64,000 bases of DNA from Stegostoma tigrinum (taxonomy: Eukaryota), in contig NC_081372.1 of NCBI RefSeq assembly GCF_030684315.1, forward strand, positions 51,370,987-51,434,986, written 5' to 3'. Position numbers and translations under genes: made by a program. Positions 46,997 through 60,941 of this stretch are shown piece by piece (within the stretch, counting starts at the first letter, position 1; the number at the start of each line of letters is the position of its first letter). The notes below the pieces were generated by a model, which saw nothing but the letters and a program-made list of their open reading frames with translations, was not told the origin of the DNA and did no database searches.

Positions 46997-49879
46997 CTTG
47001 AAAGAGATATTTTGGCATCTATGTGTAAATTCCCTTCCAGAAGAGAAACAGGACAGAACCTATCTATTAAAGGAACAATATTGTCACAGTAAGCAACTCC
47101 AGGAGTTGTTTCAGGAGGGAAGAGATCAAAGGGAGTGTAAAGGCAATTGACAGGATCTTAAACCACCATGACCTCTTCACCAACTTGATGTGCAATAGGT
47201 GGATGAGCATGTAGTGGTAAAAGTAAATGGTTAGAACCTCTATCAGGTGGGATTTAGCAAGGTAATGCTGAATAGTGATATCTGTGCAAGTGATACCTGA
47301 CATGTGCAGGAAGGAAATATAGATGTTTTGGACCCAATTACAAGGATACGAAGCCCCAAATGTCTAATGATGATTGTCTTTTTGTTTTAAATTTAGCTGA
47401 CTGATCAAATAATAGATATTTGTGCTTAGTATATCGACAGTAAGATCTACATCACTGAGACCCAAAAGACACCACACACAGATTGTGACAGGATGGATGC
47501 AGGAGTGTTGGTGTGCAGCGACTTCAGTAAAGAGCAATTACAACATATAAAGGTGTTAGAAATCAAAGTGGGGTTTACTGTACTTGAATAAACATCCTCA
47601 CTTGAGGAAGGGAGCATATCAATGGCCATGCTCATTGTTTTGCACCAAAGTGGGCTCTCATCCAGAGCAGCCTGACCTGCAGCAAGTCTGCAACATTCAT
47701 GGCTGAGAAGCCAACATAATGGGAGTCTATCAAGGCAAGGAGTGTAAACTGAACACCGCCAACAGTAACTGTGTGCAGGGTTCTGCTGTGTCAAATAGTT
47801 ATAAATGTGTAAATAGGAGAAAGTGTGCAATATGTGTAATCATGCAAAGGCGGACTTGTATCCAAAATCATGTGGACCGTGCAGAATGGCTCCAGTTCCA
47901 AGTATGATAAAAGAAAATTCACAGATATTAAGCCAGGTTGGGGAACGGTATATCATGAGGCAATGTGGTAAGTGAGGGATTGTAGTTCCTACTTCCACCC
48001 TCAGGTTAAACTCACCAGCAGTCATCTCTCTCTCATGATAATGCAACCCTATATTCTGGTTGACTTAGTTCCCCGACATATTCACAGATTATTCCATTGA
48101 GTGATCCTGCATTGATCCTTCTAACAATTAATCTTCCAAAAACAACTGCTGAGCTCAAGTGCTCATTCATTCAAATGGCGTGAATCCTTTATTGTGTTTT
48201 GGGATAACATAAAGTGCATCAGGATAATGAGCAGGACTGTCAACCACATTTCCTGCATCTTCTGGATTGCTTTTCGATCCACATTATTTTTTATGGTTTA
48301 ATTTATTCTTTGAAAATTTATATAAATGTGAGGTACTGCATTTTGGAAAGGCAATTCAGGACAAGATTTATATACTTAACTGTAAGGTCCTGGGTAGTGT
48401 TGTTGAACAAAGAGACCTTGGAGTGCAGGTTCACAGTTCATTAAATGTGGGGTCACAGGTCACCAGTATAGCAAAGAAGGCATTTGATATGCTTGCCCTT
48501 ATTGGTCAGTGGTTTGAGTATTGAAGTTGGGAGATCATTTTGCACTTGTACAGGACATCGGTTCAACCACTTTTGGAATACTGCATTCAGTTCTGGTCTC
48601 CCTGCTATAGGAAGGAAGCTGTGATACTTCAAAGGGCTCAGAAAAGGTTTACACACAGATTGACAGGAAAGCTGAATTTGAGCCAGAAGGAGAGCTGTAT
48701 ACTCAGCGGCTATTTTTCCTGAAGTATCGGAGGCTGAGGGGAGATTTTCAGACGTTGACATAATCATAAGGGGACTGGATAGAGTGAATAAACACGATCT
48801 TCACCCTGCAGTGTGGGAGTCCAAAACTAGAGGAAGTAGTTTTAAGATGAGAGGGGAAAGATTTAACAGGGACCTAAGTGACATCTTTTTCACACAGAGG
48901 GTGGTGTGTGTATGGAAAGAGGAGCCAGAGTCGGTGGTGGAAGCTGGTGCATTTACAATATTTGAAAGACATCTGGATGGGTACATGAATAGGACATGTT
49001 TAGAGGGACTGAATTCTGGCAAGTGGGACTAGATTAATTTCAGATATCAGGTCGGCATGGATGAGATGGACTAAAGGGTCTGTTTTCATATTGTGCAGCT
49101 CTATAACTGTATGACTGTAGCCATGCCAGAGCTCTGTGATGTGAAATTGTTGTTTCAGTGATGTTATTTGTCTTAATTCTTTGATAAGATGTAGAGCTGG
49201 ATGAACACAGCAGGCGAAGCAGCATCATAGTCGCAGGAGAGCTGAAGTTTTGGGCCCAAAACCTTCCTCAGAAAATTCTGGGCCTGAAACGTCGGCTCTC
49301 CTGCTCCTATGATGCTGCTTGGCCTGCTGTGTTTGTCCATCTCTAAACCTTGCTGTCTCAGATTCTCCAGCATCTGCAGTTCCTACTATCTCTGTCTGGA
49401 TTCTTTGCTCTTCCCTTGCCTTTAAATGACTGCAGTTAAAAACTATGAGGTAATTTCTCATCCGAAAGGCTCTAACATTTTAACTTCAACCCCTTGTTTA
49501 GCAGCAGTTTATTTTCATGACTGCTGTTAGGTCCTTGAAGGAGGTCAATTGCTGTGAGATCACAATCCATTAATCAACTTCACATTTCACCATAAGTCTC
49601 TTCATTTACCTGGGAGAATCAGAAAATCACGACAAACACTCAATGCAGAGCAATTCAATTAAATCTTCAGTTAAACTTCAGATGTTTTTAAAACTGATTC
49701 AGGCACTTAACTCAACCACATCCACATTTTCAAATCTCCATACACTCCATGAGCATGTACATTATAAACACAAGGTGCAAAACATGTCTTGAGGTCTGAA
49801 GCGACAGAAAAATGAAGTTCAGTACATATAGAACAACACTTAACAATCAAGGAATAAAAACAAATCACTCATTGACTGC

Positions 49880-51890
49880 GATAAGGTATAGAGCTGAATG
49901 AACACAGCAGGCCAGGCAGCATGAAATGAGCAGGAAAGCTGTCATTTCTTCAGAAATTGGGGGAGGGTAACAGGATACTGAAATAAATCAAGAGAGGTGG
50001 GGAGGCGTTGATGGAAGGTGGGTAAAGGAGCAGATAGGTGGAGAGAAGATAGACCGTTCATAGAGGCAGGGATGGAGCCAGTAAAAGTGAGCATAGGTCG
50101 GGAGTGGGGATGGGAGTTGGTCAGTTGAGGGAAGACGGACAAGTCAAGGAGTCAGGGATGAAGCTGTAGGTAGGAGGTGAGAATGGGTGTTAGTCAGTGA
50201 AGTGGGAGGAGCAGATTGGTGGGAGAAAAGACGGACAGGTCAAGGAGGTGTGGATGAGCTGGGCTGACTTTAGGATGTCGTAGGGGGATTTTGAAGCTCA
50301 TCAAGTCCACATTGAGATCAATGGGCTGCAGGGTTCCCAAGCAAAATATGATGTGCTGTTCCTGCAGCCTTCGGGTGGCATCATTGTGGCACAGAAGGAG
50401 GCCGAGGATGGACATGTTGTCCAAAGAGTGGGAGGGGAATTTGAAGGCGTTCACACGTAGGAGGTGTTGTTGTTTGTCATGAACCGAGTGTAGGTGCTCC
50501 ACAAAGTGGTCTCCAAGTCTCTGCTTGGTTTCCCTGATGTAGAGAAGGCCACATCTGGAGCAGCAGATACAATATACCACATTAGTAGCTGTGCAGGTGA
50601 ACATCTGTTTAATGTGGAAGGTTTTCTTGGAGCCTGCGATGGGGTTGCAGGAAGAGGTGTAGGGGCAGGTGTGGTACTTCTTGTGGTTACAGGGAAAAGT
50701 GCCAGGTATGGTAGGGCCAGTGGGGAGTGTGGAGCGGAAAAGGGAGTCACAGAGACAGCGGTCCCTCCGGAAGGGGGATAAGGGTAGGGAGGGAAAATAT
50801 CCTTTGTAGTGGGGTCGGATTGCAGGTGGCAGAAGTGGCAGAGGATGATGCGTTGAATCCAGAGGTTGGTGTGTGGTACGTGAGGGGAATGTCTGTCTTT
50901 ATTGTTATTGTGGGGAGAGGGCGTGAAGGATGATTTGCGAGAAATGCGAGAGATGCAGTTGAGGGCGTTTTCGACCACTATGGAGGGAAACTTGCGGTCC
51001 TTGAAAAATGAGGACATCTGGGATGTCTGGGAGTGGAATGCCTCAACTCAGGAGCAGGTGCAGTGGAGGCAAAGGAATTGGGAATAGCGGGTGACATTCT
51101 TGCAGGAAGGTGGGTGATTGGAGGCATATTCTAGGCAGCTGTCGGAGTCTTGAAATAGATTTCCGTTTGAAGGTGGTTGCCAGAGATGGGAACAGTGAAG
51201 TCCAACAGAGAAGGTGTGGGGGTGGCACGGTGGCTCAGTGGTTAGCACTGCAGCCTCAAAGCGCCAGCGACTCAGGTTGGATTCCAGCCTCGGGTGATTG
51301 TCTGTGCGGAGTTTGCACATTCTTCCTGTGTCAGCTTGGGTTTCCTCCCACAGTCAAAAGATGTGCAGTCTCGGTGGATTGGCCATGCTAACTTGTCCAA
51401 TGTGTTCAGGGATGTGTGGGTTTTAGGGGGATGGGCCTGGGTGGAATGGTCCAAGGGTTAGATTGGATTTGTTGGGCCGAAGGGCCTGTTTCCACACGGT
51501 AGGGCTTCTATGATTCTATGATACAGGAAGTAGAAAGAGTTATCGGAGATGATCCAGGTGAACTTAAGTTAGGGGTGAAAGGTGTTCGTGCTATGGATGA
51601 ACTGTTGAGCTCCTCATGGGAGCAAGAAACAGCACCGAGACCGTCATTCGTAAAACGGAGGAAGAGGTGAAGGATGGGCCCAGGGTAGCTGCAGAAGGGA
51701 GACCGTTCCACGTGTCCTACAAAGAGGTAGGCATAACGTGGGCCCATGCAGGTGCAAATGGCCGCCCCCTTTGTCTGTAGGAAGCGGGAAGAGTTGAAGG
51801 AGAAATTGTTAAGGGTGAGGTCGAGTTCGGTGATGCGAATAAGGGTGTCAGTGGATTGGGACTGGTCAGGCCTGCAGGAGAGAAAGAAGT
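49880..51890 (-). mobile_element. Older Penelope element (paralogue of 23756-25040), interrupted by a SINE and a CR1; resumes at about 54247-54340
   Basis: ORFs 50194, 50451 and 51508 carry PLE motifs; a MDVQ-like segment follows the CR1 tail. Confidence 0.9.
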
Positions 51891-51891
51891 G

Positions 51892-54245
51892 TGCAGGAGG
51901 GCTTCCTGACACAGTATGTAGATAGGCCAACAAGGGGCAAAGCCACATTAGATTTGGTACTGGGTAATGAGCCTGGCCAGGTGTTAGATTTGGAAATAGG
52001 TGAGCACTTTGGTGATAGCGATCACAATTCTGTTATGTTTTCTTTAGTGATGGAAAGGGATAGGTGTATACCACTGGGCAAGAGTTATAGCTGGGAGAAA
52101 GGCAATTACGATGAGATTAGGCAAGATTTAGGGAGCATAGGATGGGGAAGGAAACTGCAGGGAATGGGCACATTAGAAATGTGGAGCTTATTCAAGGAAA
52201 AGCTCCTGTGTGTCCTAGATAAGTGTGTACCTGTCAGGCAGGGAGGAAGCTGTCGAGCGCGGGAGCCATGGTTTACGAAGGAGGTGGAATCTCTGGTCAA
52301 GAGGAAGAAGAAGGCTTATGTCAGGATGAGATGTGAAGGCTCAGTTAGGGCGCTTGAGGGCTACGGGGTAGCCAGGAAAGACCTAAAGAGAGAGCTCAGA
52401 AGAGCCAAGAGGAGACATGAGAAGTTGTTGGCAGATAGGATCAGGGTAAACCCTAAGGCTTTCCATAGGTATTTAAGGAATAAAAGAATGACGAAAGTAA
52501 AATTAAGCCCAATCAAGGATAGTAGTGGGAAGTTGTGTGTGGAGTCAGATGAGATAGGGGAAACGCTAAATGAATATTTTTCAACAGTATTCACTCTCGA
52601 AAATGACAATGTTGTCGAGGACAATACTGAGATACAGGCTACTGTGGGATTGAGGTTCACAAGGAAGAGGTATTAGAAATCCTACAGAGGGTGAAGATAG
52701 ATAAGTCCCCTGGGCCAGATGGGATTTATCCTAGGATCCTCTGGGAAGTCAGGGAGGAAATTGCCGAGCCTTTGGCATTGATCTTTAACTCGTCATTGTC
52801 TACAGGAATAGTGCCAGACGACTGGAGGATAGCAAATGTGGTTCCCCTGTTCAAGAAGGGGAGTAGAGACAACCCTGGTAATTATAGACCAGTGAGCCTT
52901 ACCTCAGTTGTTGGTAAAGTGTTGGAAAAGGTTATAAGGGATAGGATGTATAATCATCTCGAAAAGAATAAATTGTTTAGGGATAGTCAGTACGGTTTTG
53001 TGAAGGACAGGTCGTGCCTCACAAACCTTATTGAGTTCTTTGAGAAGGTGACCAAACAGGTAGATGAGAGTAAACCAGTTGATGTGGTGTATATGGATTT
53101 CAACAAGGCGTTCGATAAGGTTCCCCACAGTAGGCTATTGTCCAAAATGTGGAGGAATGGGATTGTGGGAGATATAGCAGTTTGGTTCAGAAATTGGCTT
53201 GTGAAAGAAGACAGAGGGTGGTAGTTGATGGGAAATGTTCATCCTGGAGACCAGTTACTAGTGGTGTACCGCAAGGGTCGGTGTTGGGTTCACTGCTGTT
53301 TGTCATTTTTATTAATGACCTGGATGAGGGCGTAGAAGAATGGATTAGTAAATTTGCAGATGACACTAAGGTCAGTGGAGTTGTGGATAGTGACGAAGGA
53401 TGTTGTAGGTTGCAGAGAGACATAGATAAGCTGCAGAGCTGGGCTGAGAGGTGGCAAATGGAATTTAATGCAGACATGTGTGAGGTGATGCACTTTGGTA
53501 GGAGTAACCGGACGGCAAAGTACAGGGCTAATGGTAAGGTTCTTAGTAGTGTAGATGAGCAGAGAGATCTCAGTGTCCATGTACACAGATCCTTGAAAGT
53601 TGCCACCCAGATTGACAGGGCTGCTAAGAAGGCATACAGTGTTTTAGTTTTTATTAATAGAGGGATCGAGTTCCGGAATCAAGAGGTTATGGTGAAGCTG
53701 TACAAAACTCTGCGGCCGCACTTGGAATACTGTGTACAGTTCTGGTCACCGCATTATAAGAAGGATGTGGAAGCTTTGGAAAGGGTGCAGAGGAGATTTA
53801 CTAGGCTGTTGCCTGGTATGGAGGGAGGGTCTTACGAGGAAAGGCTGATGGACTTGAGGCTGTTTTCATTAGAGAGAAGAAGGTTGAGAGGTGACTTAAT
53901 TGAAACATATAAAATAATCAGAGGGTTAGATAGGGTGGACAGGGAGAGCCTTTTTCCTCAGATGGTGATGGCGAGCACTAGGGGGCGTAGCTTTAAATTG
54001 AGGGGTGAAAGATATAGGACAGATGTCAGAGGTAGTTTTTTTACTCAGAGAGTAGTCAGAGAATGATACGCTTTGCCTGCAACGGTAGTAGATTCGCCAA
54101 CTTTAGGTACATTTAAGTCATCATTGGATAAGCATATGGACGTACATGGAATAGTGTAGGTTAGATGGGCTTGAGATCGGTATGACAGGTCGGCACAACA
54201 TCGAGGGCCGAAGGGCCTGTACTGTGCTGTAATGTTCTATGTTCT
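51892..54245 (+). mobile_element. CR1 LINE, 5'-truncated, with frameshifted ORF2 (end of endonuclease + RT); candidate TSD AAGTG
   Basis: LDLVL..GDSDH, KSPGPDG, PGNYRPVSLTS, DFNKAFD, GVPQGSVLG, FADD; tail (atgttct)n. Confidence 0.96.
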
Positions 54246-54589
54246 AAGTGAAGGCCCTTCGGCCATCTGCACAGGGAATGCAAGTCTATAGGCACTGGAC
54301 ATCCATGGTGAAGATGAAGTGTTGAGAACCAAGGAGTCCGAAATTTATTGACTGCAGGCACTCACAAAGTTCAAACAGAAAAGTTTTATGACTCTGACAA
54401 CTACAAGAACACACCTGCAATTTTTGGTTCATGATAAATGCTTCCAGGAACTTTCTTCCAAACTCGTAGGTTCACTTGATGTCTCATTCTTCCTTGGTGT
54501 AGAAGTGACAGGTACAGCAATGTTCACATTTGTGATCAGATACACAACTCTATCACTTCCTCTGGTAGCTGATTCCATTTGTGCTTCAC

Positions 54590-56360
54590 CCTGGCTTTTC
54601 TTTGCAGCCTTTCTTAAATAGTGGTACAACATTCACCACCCTCCAATGTCCCAGAAATTCACCTGTGGCTATCAGTGACACAAATACCTTGGCTGAGAGA
54701 CCCACAATTTCAGCCCATTTTCCCACAATGTCCTGGTGCACATTGGAGCAAGTCCTCGTTTTACCTACCTCCATGTATCTTCAGACCTCCATCACATCCT
54801 TGTCTGCAATGTGGACCTTTTCCAAGACATCGCTGTTTATTTTCGTGAATTCCATTGCTTTCATATCCTCCTGCATGGTAAATACTGGTGAGAAATGTTT
54901 GTTTGGGTTCTCACTTTTTCCCTAACTGCCACAACTATCCTATGTCCCATTTTTGCCCTCTTGATTTCCATCTTAAGAGAACTTCTACAATACATTACCC
55001 CTCAAAGAATTAATTTGACCTGAGCTGTCCATGTCTGACATATGCCTCCTTATTTGTGAACAGAGTTTCAATATCTCTCATCATCCAGTATTCCGTACTC
55101 CTGCCAGCCTTGCCCTTCACACCACCAGGAACATGCTGTCCCTGAACTCTACTTCACTTACCATGGAAACCCTCTCAGTTGCCAGACATCCCTTAACCCA
55201 GCCTCCACCAATCAATTTTTGAAAGTTCCTGTCTAACATCATCAAAACTGGCTGTGCCCTAATTTACAACTTTAACTTTTTCAACCTGCAAAGGTACCTT
55301 TTGTCACTCATATATGAAGGCACCCAGATCTCAAAGTAACAATAAGTCCCGCAAGCTTTCCCCATGTCAATCATAAGCTGCTTTTGTATTCTTTCTGCCA
55401 GAAAAGGCAGCATCCCCACCTTATATTCCACCTGCCAATTTTACCCAATCACGTAGCCTTCCATCCCATTGTTGACACATTAACCTCCCCTCACAATTTA
55501 TTTTTTGCCTATCATTGTACCATTAACATATATAGCTACTGTACATATGTGTTTCATTCAGTAACCATTGTTAAAAGATTTTAAGTAGACGATCTCTGTG
55601 GTTTTCTACGACTTACAGCCTGCTAACCTGAAAATGACTAATTTGTGCCTTTGTTTACTATTACCCAACCGATCGTAATCCATGCTAATATGTCACCCTC
55701 TTCACCATGATATTTTAGTTTTTGTCAAAATTTCTATTAAGGGCCATACAATTTCTTCCCTAGCTTCCCACAATGTCCTAAGACACACTTGTGATCGGTC
55801 CTGGGATTTTCCTCTGTGCGTTTCAAGATGTCCAACACTTCGTCTCCTGTAATGTGGAATTTTTTTCAAATCATCGTTATGTATTTCCCTGAATTCTCGA
55901 GCATTCATGTCTTTGCCACGATAAATGCTGGTGAGAAATGTTTGATTAGGATCTCACACATCTCCTGGTGTTCCACAGATAGACAGCCTCGTTGATCTTT
56001 ACAGGCCTTATTCTCTTCCAGATAACTCTATTACCCTTAACATGTTTGTGGAATCTCTTTAGATTCTCATTACTCTATCAGCCACAGCTATCTCATGTCC
56101 AATTTTACCCTCCTGATTTCCTTCTTAAGTGTAGTTCTACACTCCCTATTCTTCTCAAGAGACTCACTTGATTCCAACTGTCTATATTCAACATCTGCCT
56201 CTTTCTTCTTCTTCTTCTTGAGCAGAGTTTCTATATCTCTAGTCATTGAGTGTTCCCTATTCCTGCCAGCATTACCCTTCACACTAACAGGAAATAATGC
56301 CCCTAAACTCTCCTTATTTCACTTTGGAAACCCTCCCAATTGCCAGATGCCCAATTACCT
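54590..56360 (-). mobile_element. Highly decayed CR1 fragments
   Basis: WRVVNVVPLFKKG (ORF 54586), LWEAREEI (55702), LKKEIRR (56088). Confidence 0.75.
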
Positions 56361-59300
56361 GCGAGGAATTTGCTTCATTGGGCAGTTTGATCACTACTTG
56401 GGAAAGACAAGGCCATTCCATTGAGATGAGTTCCCCTTAAACTGGGCTCGGATCAGTATCCTGACAAATTATGTAACTAAGATTGTTTTTCGGGGTTTTA
56501 ATATAGAAAGGAAAACGTATCATAAGAGGGAGAATTAGAAATCTTGAGAGTGAATTTGGCAGCAAAAATATTTGAGAAACCTACAAGGGTTTATTATAAA
56601 CATATAATTTAGCACAATTATCAGTTTCCTGCTGTCCCTTCTGGATCCTTTCCCTGGGCAGAAGCAACACCCATCGCCCACTCCTCTCTTGCCACATCTG
56701 CCTACACCCCATCCAAACTGAGGAAGATGTCAACTCTTTTCTGTTCAAATAAAGACAAAAGCTGCCAAACTAGGGACATTGTGACATGATAAAAACTATT
56801 ATTGCAGGGGGAAATAATGCACCCTCACTCCTTTGGAGTCCACTGATCCTGGAATGTTTTAAAGCTACCACTTGACATTGATTGTTCCCTTTCAAGGTAA
56901 ACCTAGGCATGGATATAATCGTGAATGAGAGGCCGGGTGTCTGGGATTAAAATCCCATCCAAGGGCAGTTGGTTGTGCCTGTTAATGGTTACCTTAGCAA
57001 GGTCCATGAGCAAACATAGATGGATGTCCTTCAGCTTGTCTGCCAGCCCACTTTGCACTGGGTCCTCAAAGTTCAGGTTTGTGGAGAAGAAGTACAAACA
57101 AAGGTATCATAACGAGCTTATCAAATAACTAAAATCTACTCCAAATCTATTATACATGATTCATAGCCACACTCAACTCTTAAGTATTTTGAATTATTCT
57201 GTTCTGACATGATCTGACAATTCTCCATTGCAAGACACAATTAAATTGAAGTCTGAGAAGTATGAACATGTGTCACATGATCCGCAGAACGGAGCCAATT
57301 TTTTTTTGGCCCTTCACCAAATTAACTAATTGAAACAGCAAAATAAGTAACAAGTGTTGCTCATCAAAGACTGAAACTCAACTCTGTTTGATCAGCGAGT
57401 CCAGCCTCATTATTACACATGTCTGGTGTAGTTGTGATTTGAACGCTGACCTTTCAGATCAGAGTTAGGCACACTGCAATTGCTCCAGAATAACCCGGCT
57501 CTTGATATTATGAATCAACATATTTGTAAATACTTTGACACAACTCTGGAGCAGTTGGAATTGAATCTGGTTCGCCTGGCTCAGAGATAGAGACATTTCC
57601 ACTGTGCCACATCACATCTTCATTTTTATGAACATGCGTCAAACCATCCCTTTAGTCTGACTCATCTTTTCTTCAGTAACTCAATACCAAATCACCCATG
57701 TCATTCATTAAAATAACAAGTTACCAGCACTTCCCACCCAAGGACAGAACATTGATGCCAAGAAGGAAGAATAGGCCAAGCGGCACGAGCCAAATCAAAA
57801 CAAACGTAGAAGGTGGAATAATGTACCCCTATACTCTGCTGCCTCTAAATGTCTTGAGAGTGTTGAAGGACACTGTGTGCTCCCACCCTAATGACACCCA
57901 GGCACTAATGTGTCCATGGAAGAGGAGCAGGCCGTTGGGAACTCTGACCAACTCCACGACCCACTGCCAGTTCTTCCTTTTATATAAACCACTCATTTAA
58001 CACAGTAGACAACTAACAAGCACTGCCTACTAGAGGCCATGCAACAACAAAAGATGGGGGAGGCTGTGAAAGGAGGGAGGGTATGAAATTCAAATTGTGT
58101 TTGATGGGAAAATCATGCACTCCTCACCCCAAGGTACCCACCTCTCTCTGAGTGCCTCAACTGTGTTGGTGGACGACACGTGTTTTCCCTCTGAAGACAT
58201 TGGGCTCAAACGTAGTTGCCAGAACTGTGGCCTCCTCCTTGGCCTGCTGTCTGCACCTATTGGTGGCGACTTTGGGCAGGCCGACCAGGGGCTCAGAAAG
58301 AGGTTCTCGAGCTCGTCTTTTTTTCATTATGTCCAGAAATGCTTTCATGCACACCTGAAGGTTTCATTTTTCCCACAACCAAATCAGCATGTGTACCTGT
58401 TATCCACTACCACTGACACCTGTGTTTGCAGTTAATGAGCAATTTACATGCAGAACCGGTTCAGGGCGATGTCAGCTAACCAGCCACTCTAAAAGCCGAG
58501 TACAAAGTGGAAAGTCCAGTGATCATCACCCGCTCTCAAAACAGTTCTGGAGCTGTTCTCTTTGAACCTGAAAGGGACATGCTTTTCTAACACTGACAGA
58601 ACGAGCGAGAGCGAACGCTGTTTTGGATCATTGTGCAATTACACAGGATTCTATCTGGAAAAGAGTTTTATCTTACAATTTATTTTCATATTAAATTTGA
58701 AAGTGACATACTTCAGTCCAAACAAAGATCATAAATTGAAACTGAAAGATTAACACAGGTATTAGTCATGAACTGGCGGAATTTGATTAAAACGTAGTGT
58801 AAATGTATTGTGGCAAATAAAAAGTGAGAAATATTGAAAGAAACAATTCAACACATCCAACAAAAATTGATCTAATTGCAAAACAAACTCTCAGTAAGAA
58901 AGATCTTTCTGTGGTTTATTTGGGAAGTTAAAATTGGATGCGATCAAAGCTGTTTCCAATGTTGCAAAGAGTCATGATGAGCCTGAAAATTGTGACTGTT
59001 TCATCAACCAGCACATGGGTGTCAAAAAGTTGCGAAAATAGGAAAAACATAGAATCTGAGCATGAACTGACCAGGAATATGGAAACAAATTGTCAATGTT
59101 TTTACAGGATAATAAATGAGGCAAAGAAATCAAGAGATAGATATACAAGTTTGCTGATGCCGTAAAGTTATGAAGACGAAAGGCTGTTGCCAAATGATGT
59201 AGCCAAGTAAGAGAATGAGCAACATGGTAGCAGATGAAGTTTACTTTAGGGAAATGCGAGATTTTTCACTTTGAATTGAGGCAGACCCAAATTTCGCAAA

Positions 59301-60671
59301 GCTCAGTTGGAATATGCGTCGGCATCCATGTTGTGGAAGAATGTATTGTGGAAGCATCTCGAGATATAAGTATTTGAGATCATTGTGCATTTTGCCAATG
59401 TTAATTAATAATGTCATGGCTAAAAATCCCTGGAAAGGAAGTTCTGTACTGTAACTGAATTTCTCCTTAAATTTTCATTTTTGCATTGACAACACGCTAT
59501 TGAATAGCAGAGCAGATTTGACAGGGTATTCAGCTATTCTCATTATATTTTTGCATTTATTAATTAACACTCACCTAGTGGATTAAAGATTATATTTCTG
59601 CTGATTTGCAATCAAATTTGTTCTTGGAAACATTACCGAATAATGGTGATAATTCTTGCTTCATGATTTTGTATATGTGTTTCATGCTTTAAATGGTGTG
59701 AGGCAATTGCCATCTTGTCTTTGCCTGTAACACTAAGGGTTGCATGGTGTCTCAGTGGTTATCACTGCTGCCTCACAGTGACGGGGAGCTGGGTTCAATT
59801 CCACTCTTGGCCAACTGTCTGTGTAGAGTTTGCCCATTCTCCCCACGTCTTTGTGGGTTTCCCCTGGTTGCTCCAGTTTCTTCCCATAGTCTAAAGATTC
59901 ACAGCTTACATGGGCTGGCCAAGCTAAATTACCCATAGTGTCTAGGCTATGTAAATTAACCAAAGGAACTGCAGGGTTACAGAGACAAGGTAGAGCGTGG
60001 GATGCACAGCAAAGGATTGGTGTGGGTTCAATGTGTTGAATAGCCTGCTTCCACACTGTAGGCATTCTATAATTAAATGAAATTGCACAATAGATTCCTC
60101 ATAACAAACATTCAATTGAGCTTTCACCAATAGCAGCTTGCTTGTGTTATAGGCTGAGCTGTGGCTCAGTTTGAAGCATTCCTCTCTGTGAATGCAAAGT
60201 TGGGTTTTCTGATCTGATACCAAGACCTGTTGACAAACAGCCAGTGTAATACTGAGGGAATGTTGATTCTCAGATATTTTGTCTTTTGGATGACAGTCAC
60301 CAACTGTGGATGCTGCGACATGATCTAAAAGAAGGGCAAGAGAGGCCAATATTTAATCCTCACAAAATCATGAGAACGGATTAACTAGTTATGTGGACTT
60401 TGCTGTATGCTGTTGGCTGACTATGTTTCCTTCATGAAATGCTGACTTTACTTTAAGAATACTTCACTATATATTTCAAATGCCTGACCAATAGTCAATA
60501 GAAGAGCAACAACACACAATTCATCAAACTAGTGAATCATTTATTTTTGGTGATGCTGGAAGCAGGGCCGAGCCTTAAGACAAGAGAAACAATTAATTTT
60601 GTATCAGAGAAATATAAGATTTTTCTCAAAAAAAAGGAGAGCATAACGGCTTGCTGAGGAATGTTGGCCAT

Positions 60672-60941
60672 TTACTGGACATTTTCCATCATCTTCACCC
60701 ATTCTGTAAAGAGAAGAAGATACTTGTTTAAAAACAGACATATTTCAAATATTCAATGGTAAACCAATATGACATCACCAGTGAATTTTATTAATTTTAT
60801 TGTACATACTGTAAAAGTTTATCATGATTGTTCTTGTACGACTCCCTCTTGAGTTCATCAATTTCCTTATCTGTAACAAGCTACATTGTAATCCGAGTGA
60901 TCTGCATCAGCTTGTCACGATCAATGAAACCATCAGCATTG
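60672..60941 (-). pseudogene. TNNC2: Troponin C-like copy F: exon 5 (60810-60941; internal TAG, 5 nt short) and exon 6 (60672-60703); exon 4 apparently deleted
   Basis: NADGFIDRDKLMQITRITM*LVTDKEIDELKRESYKNNHDKLL and EWVKMMENVQ*. Intron-4 homology stops near 61545 and jumps to the integrase remnant. Confidence 0.87.

Noticed and set aside
47040-47900. Possible ERV env or host exon (ORF 47447..47830)
   Set aside because: No recognisable motif; cannot be supported without a search
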